This document shows positions 52,569 through 64,000 of a DNA stretch of 64,000 bases, piece by piece. Position 1 is the stretch's first letter. Each line of letters opens with the position of its first letter. This DNA is from Utricularia gibba (Eukaryota > Plantae > Magnoliophyta): contig NEEC01000018.1 of NCBI GenBank assembly GCA_002189035.1, positions 310,001-374,000 of the forward strand. Reading direction: 5' to 3'. Under the pieces are notes generated by a model that was given only the letters and a program-made list of their open reading frames with translations, was not told the DNA's origin and made no database searches. The translations under genes and the position numbers were made by a program.

Positions 52569-55500
52569 ATGGCGGCGGCGGCGGATGAAGCGATGGAGGC
52601 GCTCAAGAGAGAAGCAGTTGATATGGTATCCGCGTTATTTCTTTTCTTGATTTTGATTTAATTTTGCTGCTCTTTTTTTTTTATACTGATGAGTTTTTCC
52701 AACTCCGGTACAGGAGAATATACCAATCGAAGAGGTATTTGAACAGCTGAGATGTAATAGGGAGGGATTATCTTCCGATGGTGCTAAACAGAGGCTTGAG
52801 ATTTATGGCCCAAACAAGCTTGAGGAAAAGGAGGTGAGCTTTTATGATTAATTCTTCCATTTTCCTTGTTTACGGATTGATTTTTTGGATTGTGTGTTTT
52901 GTATATTTTTCCTTCTGAAGCCATCGTCGCATGCTTGAATTCGCAGGAGAGTAAGATTTTGAAGTTTTTGGGGTTCATGTGGAATCCTCTGTCGTGGGTG
53001 ATGGAGGCAGCAGCTATTATGGCTATAGCTCTTGCAAATGGAGGAGTTAGTAGTTCTCATAGCGCTATCTTTCTTGGCTATTTTTCCTTCTCTGAAATTA
53101 ATGGTAATGCTTTACATTGCCTGTTTTCCAGGGGAGGCCACCAGATTGGCAGGATTTTGTTGGAATCATTACTCTCCTTGTAATAAATTCAACCATAAGT
53201 TTCATTGAGGAGAACAATGCTGGAAATGCGGCTGCTGCTCTCATGGCTCGTCTTGCACCCAAAGCGAAGGTGTTTGGCTCGTTTATTATTATTTTTTTTT
53301 ATGTTGAGAATGTTTAAGCGGACTAAAACTTTTATAGGTGGCTATTACTTATTCACGGGCTGATTTGAGATGATTCTCTGCTCTTAACTTGTTAAGGTTC
53401 TTCGAGATGGACGTTGGGTTGAGGAAGATGCTGCGGTCCTTGTTCCTGGTGACATCATTAGTATCAAGCTGGGTGATATTGTTCCTGCAGATGCCCGTCT
53501 TCTTGATGGAGATCCATTAAAGATAGACCAGGTGCTTGGAACATTTGCTATTTCGTTTGCACTTACAATCCTTTATTAGCCATAACATAATGATGCATTT
53601 CCTTGCAGTCTGCTCTTACAGGTGAGTCCCTTCCAGTGACTAAAGGGCCAGGGGATGGTGTGTATTCAGGCTCTACAGTTAAGCAAGGAGAGATTGAAGC
53701 AGTTGTTATCGCAACTGGTGTACACAGTTTCTTTGGGAAGGCTGCTCACCTGGTAGACTCCACCCATCAAGTGGGGCATTTTCAGAAGGTGATCTTGAAA
53801 AAGAGACTAAGAACATGTGTTTAACAAATGAGGAAATCTAGCTCATTTTGAACGATCGCCCCATCTTTTTTTCTTTTTATGTGTTTTTCTTTTCATTTCA
53901 TCCTCACTATGTACTTTATTGCCATCTCTGGTTAAGCCCGTTTTCTGGGGGTTGCAGGTTTTGACAGCAATTGGTAATTTCTGCATATGCTCCATTGCGG
54001 TTGGGATGGTTATTGAAATCATAGTAATGTACCCCATTCAGCATCGCCCATACCGTACTGGAATTGATAATTTGCTCGTGCTCCTTATCGGAGGAATTCC
54101 AATTGCAATGCCAACTGTTTTGTCTGTTACTATGGCTATAGGTTCTCACCGTTTATCCCAGCAGGTAACACTTCTACCTGGGAGTAGCCAGAGAACTTTT
54201 TCAATGTATGTACCGATTTCATTCTCATTGTTTTATGCATCAGGGGGCCATCACAAAGAGGATGACAGCAATTGAAGAAATGGCTGGAATGGATGTTCTT
54301 TGCAGCGATAAAACTGGAACATTGACATTGAACAAACTAACTGTTGACAAGAATCTTATCGAGGTCAAAACATAGTAGACTGCTTATAGAAATAAACTCT
54401 ATTTTTCACTTTCCAATTTCATGTTCAATGTTCATCACCTCAGGTCTTCTCTAAAGGAGTGGATGCAGATACTGTTGTATTAATGGCTGCCCAAGCTTCT
54501 CGGCTTGAAAACCAGGATGCGATCGATGCTGCAATCGTGGGGATGCTAGCAGATCCTAAGGAGGTATGATTAGTTGGTGGGGAGCATTATATGCAGTGAG
54601 TACTGCCATAGGGGTGGGAAAGGTTTTGAAACAACTGGCTTATTTTGCTTAATTTTCATGCTCAAATGAAAGGCAAGGGCAGGAATCCAAGAGGTTCATT
54701 TCCTGCCATTCAATCCAACAGATAAGAGAACAGCTTTAACATACATTGATCATGAAGGCAAGATGCATCGTGTTAGCAAAGGTGCTCCTGAACAGGTACA
54801 CTCAAAGTTTTAAGAGAATAGTACAAGTGCATTGTCATCTTGACCATGTTTAATACGTTTTTGTTATCAGATATTAAATCTTTCATATAACAAATCCGAG
54901 ATAGAGCGGAGAGTGCATTCTGTCATTGACAAGTTTGCGGAGCGCGGATTGCGATCTCTAGCAGTTGCATACCAGGTAATTGTTGTACAGTGAACTAATG
55001 CGTGGAGTTTTCCATGTGTTGATAGCCTCTTTTCTTGCAGGAAGTTCCTGAATGTAGAAAGGATAGTCCTGGAGGTCCGTGGAAATTCATAGGCCTCATG
55101 CCGCTGTTTGACCCTCCTCGGCATGATAGTGCTGAAACAATCAGAAGAGCTCTGAATTTGGGTGTCAATGTCAAGATGATTACTGGTACAAATTTTACAC
55201 TAACTTCTGGTTTTGATAATACAACCCGAAATTAAACTAAAAGAGTTAAATTGAATCAGGCATACTTACTTTAATAGCTGCATCTTGCAACCCTCGCTAA
55301 TGATCACTCTACTGATGCAACGAAATCAAGAATTGTCCATATGCCCTTGATATTCCAGGTGATCAACTAGCAATCGGCAAGGAAACAGGACGCCGCTTGG
55401 GTATGGGCACAAACATGTACCCTTCGTCTTCATTGTTAGGACAAGACAAGGATGAGTCTATAGTTGCGCTGCCTGTTGACGAGTTGATTGAGCAGGCTGA

Positions 55501-57571
55501 TGGTTTTGCTGGTGTTTTCCCCGGTAAGACTATTTCTCTTTTCTTTCTTTCGCATCCAAAGATACTTTATGCAGCTGAGCACAGCATAGGATAGATTGCA
55601 TCAAGGGCATATCGTACGATATAGTTTTCACTTTATGGTGTGCATGGTTATATTTTTTTACTTGCAGAGCACAAATACGAGATTGTTAAGCGTTTGCAAG
55701 CTCGGAAACATATTTGTGGGATGACTGGTGATGGTGTCAATGATGCTCCTGCTCTGAAAAAGGCTGATATTGGAATAGCCGTTGCTGATGCTACTGATGC
55801 TGCTCGAAGCGCATCTGATATTGTGCTGACTGAACCTGGTTTGAGTGTCATAATCAGTGCTGTGCTTACTAGTCGGGCAATCTTTCAGAGGATGAAGAAT
55901 TACACAGTACGCATGCATAACCCTCATATCCAATATTATCATTAAATGTTTCTCTCTAACGTAGATTTAATATGATGAAGCAGTCTGAATTCTGAAAATT
56001 CTGTATTTTCTGCTATCATAACATTGATCTTGATGAGCTGTTAGACTGAAAAGTGTCCTTTTAACGCAGATATATGCTGTGTCCATCACAATTCGTATTG
56101 TGGTAAGTTTTGGAAGTCTTCATATTTGAAGATAATAAATGGCATCATCATGCGGGCTAAATTCTCGTTGTTAAAAGGCTATCAAAGACATCGTTGGTTT
56201 GCGACTAATGAGTAATGACTGCTGGTATCTTACTATGTTATTTTGCAGGTCGGCTTTATGCTGCTGGCTCTTATCTGGAGGTTCGACTTCCCACCTTTTA
56301 TGGTTCTGATAATTGCAATATTAAATGATGGTAAGTAGTTCTCTCATCTTCTCATTGTAAATCTCTAGTCATGCAAGTCAACAGGTCTTGCTTCCCCTGC
56401 CTGCTTTAAATCCTTGATGGAGAATGAACTCTGAGGCTATTTTGTGGATTGCAGGTACCATCATGACGATATCAAAGGATCGTGTTAAACCATCACCATT
56501 GCCAGATAGCTGGAAGTTGGCTGAAATTTTTGCCACGGGAATAGTTCTTGGTGGTTACTTAGCAATGATGACCGTTATATTCTTCTGGTTAGCATATGAC
56601 ACTAACTTTTTCACGGTAAGTATTTTTTGTTCTTTTTTTTAGGGAGATTGATGGATGGATTTCCCTAACATTCATTGTGTTGCACTCACTTGTAGAGAAC
56701 ATTTGGGGTTCCATCCTTGGAAGGAAATAGAACCCGTAACTTCAGAAGGCTTGCCTCTGCTGTATATCTGCAAGTGAGCATAGTTAGCCAAGCTCTAATC
56801 TTTGTGACAAGATCAAGAAGCTGGTCTTTCGTTGAGCGTCCTGGATTTTTGCTCATGATAGCCTTCGTTATCGCTCAGCTTGTAAGCCAACTCCGCCTTT
56901 GGTTTCACTTTCCTTAAAACAGGCAATTATGCTTCTCTGAACACTGCTACCAACCATGGTTGACGCAGATTGCAACCTTGATTGCTGTGTACGCAAACTG
57001 GAGTTTTGCTGCAATTGAAGGTATTGGATGGGGTTGGGCTGGCGTTATCTGGCTATACAACATCATATTCTACTTCCCACTGGATCCAATCAAGTTCTTC
57101 ATTCGATATGCCTTGAGTGGCAGAGCTTGGGATCTTGTCATCGAGCAGAGGGTACGGCGTTGCATGATTCCACATCCGTGGGAACCTCGGTTTTAATCAT
57201 TTTCCTGATTTTGCAGATCGCGTTCACTAGGAAAAAGGACTTCGGTAAAGAAGATCGTGAACTTAAATGGGCACAGGCACAAAGAACCCTCCACGGTCTC
57301 CAGCAACCCGTGCCTCAAACCCGTGAGCGCACTACCTACCATGAACTTAACCAGATTGCGGAGGAAGCAAGACGAAGAGCCGAGATGGCAAGGTACGATA
57401 CCGATGCACATATTCAGCATTTAAAGGTGTTTGAATCCGTTACTTGGCAAATGGATGTGTGCTGGGTGATGCAGGTTTAGGGAACTTACCACCCTGAAAG
57501 GCCACGTTGAATCCGTTATTAAGATGAAGAACCTGGACATAGATACAATCCAACAGTCGTACACTGTTTGA
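52569..57571 (+). CDS. AHA4/AHA11-like: Plasma-membrane H+-ATPase (P3A-type), 21 exons, 956 aa
   Basis: Exons: 52569-52625, 52714-52833, 52947-53045, 53132-53269, 53397-53531, 53609-53788, 53958-54164, 54244-54363, 54444-54563, 54673-54795, 54871-54975, 55041-55185, 55359-55523, 55668-55906, 56070-56102, 56249-56330, 56455-56615, 56696-56881, 56969-57151, 57217-57392, 57475-57571 (2871 nt, all GT-AG). Motifs: [39 protein letters not shown] and C-terminal 14-3-3 site SYTV. Confidence 0.97.
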
Positions 57572-58338
57572 GAGAAATGCACAACATGATAACGCTGCAA
57601 ATGTGACTTGACACATGGGGGTGGAGGGATTCACCAACGCCTCTCGTTTCCAGGTGCACGTTGTGAGTGAAGACGAGGAGCGCCTAGGCGCCTGTACTAT
57701 TTTCATTGTATTTCTGGGCTTTTTTAGTCCATGTGCTTTTGACTACTTAATCCTTGGAATAACCCCTGAATTCTCAGATGAAGCCGTGTGGCATGGCGAG
57801 GTTCAAAAAAAGAGAGTAGGTGCAGGAGGCGCATTATTACAATACATCATAGCATCCTTATTTAGAAGGCGTAGGATGTGCAGAATCACGACCACATCCA
57901 ACTTGTTAAATAAACTACACAACTCAGTGACACCCTCCTCTCTTTCTATTTATATATATCTGAGGACCATGACATCCCACCGTATGATGATACCCACTGT
58001 CATTCCTTACCATCCATCCGTTGATGTGTTTCGAGCGAAATGCCGCTGATAAAGCAGATATTCTCGCAATCATATTTGGAGTTGGGAAATAAGATAACTG
58101 TCTCTTTTTGTGTTGGCGTGATTGTGATTACACACACACATGGCCCTGCTTAATTCAAATCGCATTTATTCATCAACTGTTGTCGCAAAGTAAGACCAGC
58201 GGGACCCACTGCATGTGCACAGCTGCGTTTTCTAATGCATCACGTGCATAATCTTCTTGCCCCCGCAAAATTAACACCATTTTAATCCACATAATCAATT
58301 ATTTTACCCTTCGAGTAAATAATTATTAAGACAAGCGT

Positions 58339-59136
58339 TCACTGGAACTGGGCGCCGGCATACGTTTGTCCGAACGACCAGTTCGGCGGCGCTACGTTGT
58401 AAGAAACCAAACTCGCGCCGTCGCCGGTGACGATTCTGAAGGACAAGCTCTGGCCGTCAAGCAAAGAATTGCTCTGCCAATTTTGCCCCCAGTTTCGCGA
58501 CATTGGCTGCCACCCAGTCCTCGACCCCTTCACATACACCTCATGGACGTCGCCGGCGCCGCCGACATTCGTAATGAGGACAAGATTGAAGAAAGAGTGA
58601 CCGTTAATGGTGAATCGGATCCCACCCCTCTTCCGGCAAGGGACCCTTGTGTATATAACAGGGACTACCCCTGCCCTGTACTGCGCGATACGGAGGAAAG
58701 CGGGCTCCGATAAATCGAAATGCTGGTTTGGGGGATCGCACCAGCCGCCGGGAGGGCAGAAGTTAGTCGCCGTAACGGTGATGGAGCCACGGAGGCAGAG
58801 TGGGGTGCTGTGGCACATCAATTGGTAGCAGGATCCACAGCTGAGGCCGTTGTTGAACAGCGCTGAACTTAGTGCTGCCGTTTCGGTGCCGTACCCTTGA
58901 CTGTACAAGTTACCGTACCCGCACGCCCCACCTACAACAAAAGTATCTTCAGATTTTTGTTCACATTGGGAAATAGTTTTCGAATACGTCGTACCCATTG
59001 TGCCGGAGGCGTCGCCTCCGCCATAGAAGGTGGCGCGGGCGTTGATCCAGTCGGAGGCGTAGCCTTGCGCGGGATTGACCGCGAAGAGGACAAAGCCGAT
59101 TGGGAAGAGGATGGGGATGCGTAGATGGAGATGCAT
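58339..59136 (-). CDS. EXPA5-like: Alpha-expansin, ~244 aa, 2 coding exons (59136-58995, 58931-58339)
   Basis: Signal-peptide-like N-terminus, [14 protein letters not shown]|[33 protein letters not shown] (short loop as in AtEXPA5), HFD motif, [12 protein letters not shown] and WSFGQTY. An upstream in-frame ATG at 59226 makes the start codon slightly uncertain. Confidence 0.95.
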   Translation of the reverse strand: MHLHLRIPILFPIGFVLFAVNPAQGYASDWINARATFYGGGDASGTMGTTYSKTISQCEQKSEDTFVVGGACGYGNLYSQGYGTETAALSSALFNNGLSCGSCYQLMCHSTPLCLRGSITVTATNFCPPGGWCDPPNQHFDLSEPAFLRIAQYRAGVVPVIYTRVPCRKRGGIRFTINGHSFFNLVLITNVGGAGDVHEVYVKGSRTGWQPMSRNWGQNWQSNSLLDGQSLSFRIVTGDGASLVSYNVAPPNWSFGQTYAGAQFQ

Positions 59137-61539
59137 CTCGTGTCTGGGGCTGAAGGAAGAAGTGAAGTGGAATAAATACAGTAAAAGAACGCTACAGTCG
59201 TCAAGTTGACGGGAAGATGGGGCCATGGAAGCCAAAGTAGCTCTTGCCTTCCATAGCAGTTTTCTGAGTAGGAGGAACACAGCAACGACGACAGAACTAT
59301 ATACCGACCGTTATCGAGTTCAAAATAGTACCAAACCACAACACTTTGTTTTAAAATCCAAAATTAAACTTGAGATTCGGCACAGTTCAATCCAAATACA
59401 TGATTTTTTGGGATTAAGTTCATTAATTTTTAGAAAAATTAAAAGTATTTTGAAATTTACATAATTATTTTTATTTTTCATAATGTATTTATAACAGATT
59501 GAAGACAATTCAATCTATTATAAAAAGTATTCAATTTAAAATCATAAGTAAATTGTAAACCCAATTTTAAGCCAATTTTTAGGGAGGTTTGTTTAACGTA
59601 CTTTTTTCTAGTAAAATTAAAACTATTTCGAATAGATGGTATTCAGGAGGGTGAGAATGAGACACCCAAATGATCACATCAGGTCCATGATGGATTTTAG
59701 TGTGTTGTTCACAGGCTTCACCTGTCCTTATTTTCTCCAAGGAAACAGAGGCGATGAAGCAAAGCATGCACCGCGCACTCTCAGAGATGGGAGTCAAACA
59801 AAGAAAAAACAATGTCAGCGCTACCCGAATTCCAAGTTCGATGAGCGTCGGTAGTTATCAGAGAATGAAGGGCAAGCATTGCGTAGATTGCTGCTGCATA
59901 AATCTCGGTGTGATCGTCACATGGGAGATGGGGTCCAGCCGCGCACTGTTTTTGACAAAGCCGGCACTGTACCGACACCACTCACACACGATGTAATAAA
60001 CAGTGTTTGTGTTGAGTTACTTGCCTTGTCGGTTGGTTTTGTTTGGAGCAACTCAAGGATATCTCTGCTTGAATTCAAGTCCGTTAACGTGCCTCATTCG
60101 TCTTATGGAGTTGCTTTGCGTAATTGCAATCCCAGGAATCCCCAAATTGCTCTTTTTGTTCAACCTCGACCCGATTTCTAACGTGTTTTTACACATTTCA
60201 AGCTCCATTTGTCGTGTTATGTCATCACGTTTCTACATTTGTGTTGTTACATAAATCCAAAGCGGCTCTAAAATAAAATACGTTTCCTGTTGAGATTGAT
60301 GTTCAATAATATGTGAAACTGGAGATGCTAAGAAATCGGGTATACAAATCTGCATTAAGATAGCTAGCTGTGTATGCCGAAACACAAGAGAATTAAAAGA
60401 GTCTGCTGCGGATGGGGTTCTCCAAACACGATGGCCGATATCCTGGGCTGGTGCCACAGCAAAACAAATAACCGGAAACATGTTGCGTTGCGCGAAACCT
60501 GAGTTTAGTCAAAAATAAGTAAAAGTAAGTCAACATGTTGATGGACGATGCGTCAAATGCACTCACTCATTGTCTGTCTGTATGTCTGCATTTAAGAATG
60601 AGCCCTACCTTGTACCTGCATCCTGACCAAGTTCAAGAGATGGAGTTACCCATTTTATCCATATGCCGCCTTAACTGATTATCTTGGATAACAAAAAATG
60701 CAAATTTTCTTTCTGGGTTTTAAAAATGGGATAAGAAGAAGATTTGGAAGAAGTGGATAGCACAGCGCTTAGCTGGAGGATTTGTAGCAAAAGGATAAGA
60801 GCAGCGAACTCGTGGCCCAATCATATCAAAAGAATTGGAGATGAGATGTAGGTTTGAAGCAACTGGAGTCTTGATTAGTATAACTTGCACATCCTCCACA
60901 CAACCTCCCAAAACAAGTCGTCAATGTGGACGCAAATTCAGTGCATTCTTCATTCTTTCGTCGTATTTAACAACACATGAATCCCAGTGAAGTCACACTC
61001 ATTCCTAAACCGCGGTTCCCAAAATTTACACCTTGATGAATTCAGTTTTATAGAGGTGTTTGAATTGTGCTTTGAAATTGTATATAAATTTTTAAACAAA
61101 ACACGTTTATGAACAAGACCTGTAATAAGTTGAAAATTAAATTGCTAAAGTAAAATTTATTACAAAACACTCACTTCAAAAACCACATAGATATAGCACC
61201 CAATTTTATTTGGTCATCGGACAACATTCCAACATTTTATTATTCCATCCGTTAAAATAAGTGAGAAAGAAAATTCCACAACGCTACTTCATGTGGTGAC
61301 GAGTGAAAGTGAGTTGTGAAATCAGGTTGCACGGTTTTGGGTGTGCAAAATCCTTACTTTCCGCAACATGTCGTCGGGCAGCGGCGGGCGATTTGACTGA
61401 CGCCTGCTTCCGTGGTGCGTGTGACACACAGCTCACAACCGTGTGGGCTTGTTGATCAAATGCCATACCACGTGAAGCAAACTAAATTGCCATCCACAGC
61501 AGCAATACATCTAGCGGCGGATCACCTTAAAATTAGGGG

Positions 61540-61579
61540 GACCGACCGACTGACCGACCGACCGACCGACCGACCGACT
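61540..61579. repeat. (GACC)n tetranucleotide repeat, 10 units (two are GACT)
   Basis: Read directly. Confidence 0.92.
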
Positions 61580-62179
61580 ATGTTATTCATACGAAATTAT
61601 GACCTATTCACATTTTATACAAACTCTGATCTCTTCTTGACTTCAACTTTTCAAAATCTTCAATGATGATGTTGTAATGGACCTTTTATGTGATGACATC
61701 TTCAATATGCACTAACAAGATTTTGGCAACATAATTTACTGTTCGCAATAATTAAAGCACATTAGATATAAGCTGTTGATACTAGAAATGCAACAAGTAA
61801 ATGTAATGGATAAATAACATACATTTCATTTAGCACTAAGTTGTGGCATAGTGTGATCGATGTTGTTATTTATATCATCTTATCATTGACATAAGTATCA
61901 TGAATGAAACGAATCAACTCATATATCAACCTACTTCTCTCTTATGCATTGAAATTCTTAGGATATTACTTTTCCACATATTGCATGACATAAAAAGCAC
62001 TAAAAACATTTTGAAGGACTTAAGATCAATAAAAGGTCCCATAAAGTTATCACTGAATCTATAAGCTATCTCATGCAAGTGTATATACAAAGAACAATGA
62101 AAAAAACTCTTGGATAATCAGATTTTCATTGATTGCATTGTTGCAACATTATTTCTCATTACTAATATGTTATCCACGT

Positions 62180-64000
62180 ATAGTATGAGAAATATGGTTA
62201 TCAAGCCATTTAACTTCTTCTATACACAAGGTTCATCTTCATTTTGAGAGAAACCAAACTCTTTGATCATCTCACCAAATTTGATATTCCAACTTCTTGA
62301 ACCTTGCTTTTACCCATAAATGGATTTGTTTAGTTTACATACTTTACTAGGATCTTGTGTGAAATCTTCAAGTTGTGTCATGTACACTTCCTCAGCTAAA
62401 TTTCCATTTAGGAAAGCTGTTTTCACATTAATCAACCATATCTCATAATCAAAATGAGCAGCAATGGCAAGTAAAATTCGAATGGACTTTAGCATAGCAA
62501 CACATAAGAAGGTTTCGTCATAATCAATACCTTGTTTTTTACAATACCCTTTTGTCATAAGTCGTGCCTTATAGGTAGATATATTTCCATCCATGTCAGC
62601 TTTCCTTTTGAATACCCATTTGCATCCAATAGGATTTACTCCATCTGGAGCATTGACCAATGTTCTCATACATGGAATCCATTTCTGCGATCATGGCAAC
62701 AAGCCATTTATTTGACTCAACACTTCTGATTGCTTCGTCACAAGTCCAACGTTCCTCATCTAATATGAGATCACCCATGCCTTCAACATCAACAATAAAA
62801 CCATATCTTATTAAAGGGTCACATTGTCGGACTGATCTTATGATAGAAAATGTGCTTGGTGCATTTGGCAAGTGAGATTGCTCAGGTTGATTGCTTACTA
62901 GTACATTACCAGCTTTTGGGATACAATTTCGAGATGGTGAGCCTAGGTTAACTTTTGAGTCACCCATTGGTGCCTCTATAGGTGTTGTTGACTCTTCTGA
63001 ACCATCTCTTCAAGTTCAAAACGACTCCTACTTGCTTCTTTGAGGAGAAATTTTTTCTCTAGAAAGACAGCATTCCTTGAGATGAAAACCTTTCCCTCTT
63101 GAGGATGATACAAGTAGTATCCCTTAGTTTTTTTTGTGGATATCCCAAAAAGAAACATTTATCAAATTTGTTCTCCAACTTATCTGACTTCAACCTTTTT
63201 ATATAAGCAAGTCATTCCCAAGCTTTGAGGTAGGAGAAACTTGATTTTCTACCAGTCCAAATCTCATAAGGAGTGGTTTCAACCGATTTCGATGGGGACT
63301 TGTTCAAAACATGAGCCACTGTCTCATAAGCTTTGGTAGTTCTGCAAAACGCATTATGGATTGAACCATGTCAAGCAAAGTTCAATTTCTCCTTTCAAAA
63401 ACACCATTGTACTCAGGTGTATCAGGAGGAGTTCTTTCTGAGACAATATCATTGTCTTTCAAATGATTCTTGAGTTCATTACTCAAATATTCCCCACCAC
63501 GCTCAAGTTGGTTCTCGACCTCTATCCGAAACTCTTTGAACTTTTCAAAGGCTTCAAACTTGCATTTCATCAAGTAGATGCATCTATATCTTGAATGGTC
63601 ATTTGTAAAAGTGATGAAATACGAGAAAACTCCTCTAGGAGTGATATTCATTGGGCCACATACATCAAAATGTATTAAATCAATAAATTTTCAGTTCTTT
63701 ATCCTTTTCCCAGAAAAAGGTTGCTTTGTCATTTTGTTCAATAAACAGGATTCACATGTTTACTAAGATTCATAATCTTCTGAGTCCAAATATCCCAATC
63801 GATATAAATACTCAACACGCTTCTTGTTTATGTGGCCTAAACAACAATGCTAAAGGTATGAATTCAAGACATTGTCAATCCTTGGCATTTTTATACACAT
63901 GTGAATTTGTTCTTAATCATACTGATCCAAAACATATTTTTCGTTTACTATCATCCTAATACCATAATGCACATTCTCACGTCGTATGGAAAAACAATTG
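62180..64000 (-). mobile_element. Degenerate Ty1/copia (same Angela-like family): integrase and truncated RT, running off the window end
   Basis: 63540-64000 is closely similar to 42400-42880. Motifs GVFERRN, PIGCKWVFKRK, YKARLMTKG and VKTAFLNG, with multiple frameshifts. Confidence 0.9.

Noticed and set aside
57615-58049. 144-aa ORF between the H+-ATPase and expansin stops
   Set aside because: It falls in presumed 3' UTR sequence with no recognisable domain.
59700-59996. 98-aa Cys-containing ORF upstream of and antisense to the expansin (SPVLIFSK faintly like glutaredoxin)
   Set aside because: GTG start, no CxxC active site in the right place, and no further similarity. Treated as a spurious ORF.

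Overview
Plant (eudicot-like) nuclear DNA with three intact genes. (1) A MIXTA-like subgroup-9 R2R3-MYB at 314-1697 (+). (2) A 21-exon plasma-membrane H+-ATPase, AHA4/AHA11-like, at 52569-57571 (+). (3) An EXPA5-like alpha-expansin at 59136-58339 (-), convergent with the ATPase. Between the MYB and the ATPase lies a ~45 kb block of nested, mostly dead transposons: a Harbinger-type MITE, two hAT remnants, two MULEs (one with both TIRs and a 10-bp TSD), Athila-like and Tekay-like Ty3/gypsy pieces, several Ty1/copia pieces, and solo LTRs with TSDs. The most unusual signal is two independent long fold-back units, 5255-6557 and 14238-15939. Each consists of two inverted copies of the 3' (R-U5-like) part of an Athila-type LTR, and symmetry stops exactly at TG...CA termini. 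The second unit sits in the 5'-LTR position next to a tRNA-Asp PBS and gag. This suggests 'palindromic LTRs' or hairpin-RNA loci. All alignments were done by eye, so identity figures are rough. No rRNA, tRNA, CRISPR array or recognisable conserved miRNA was found.
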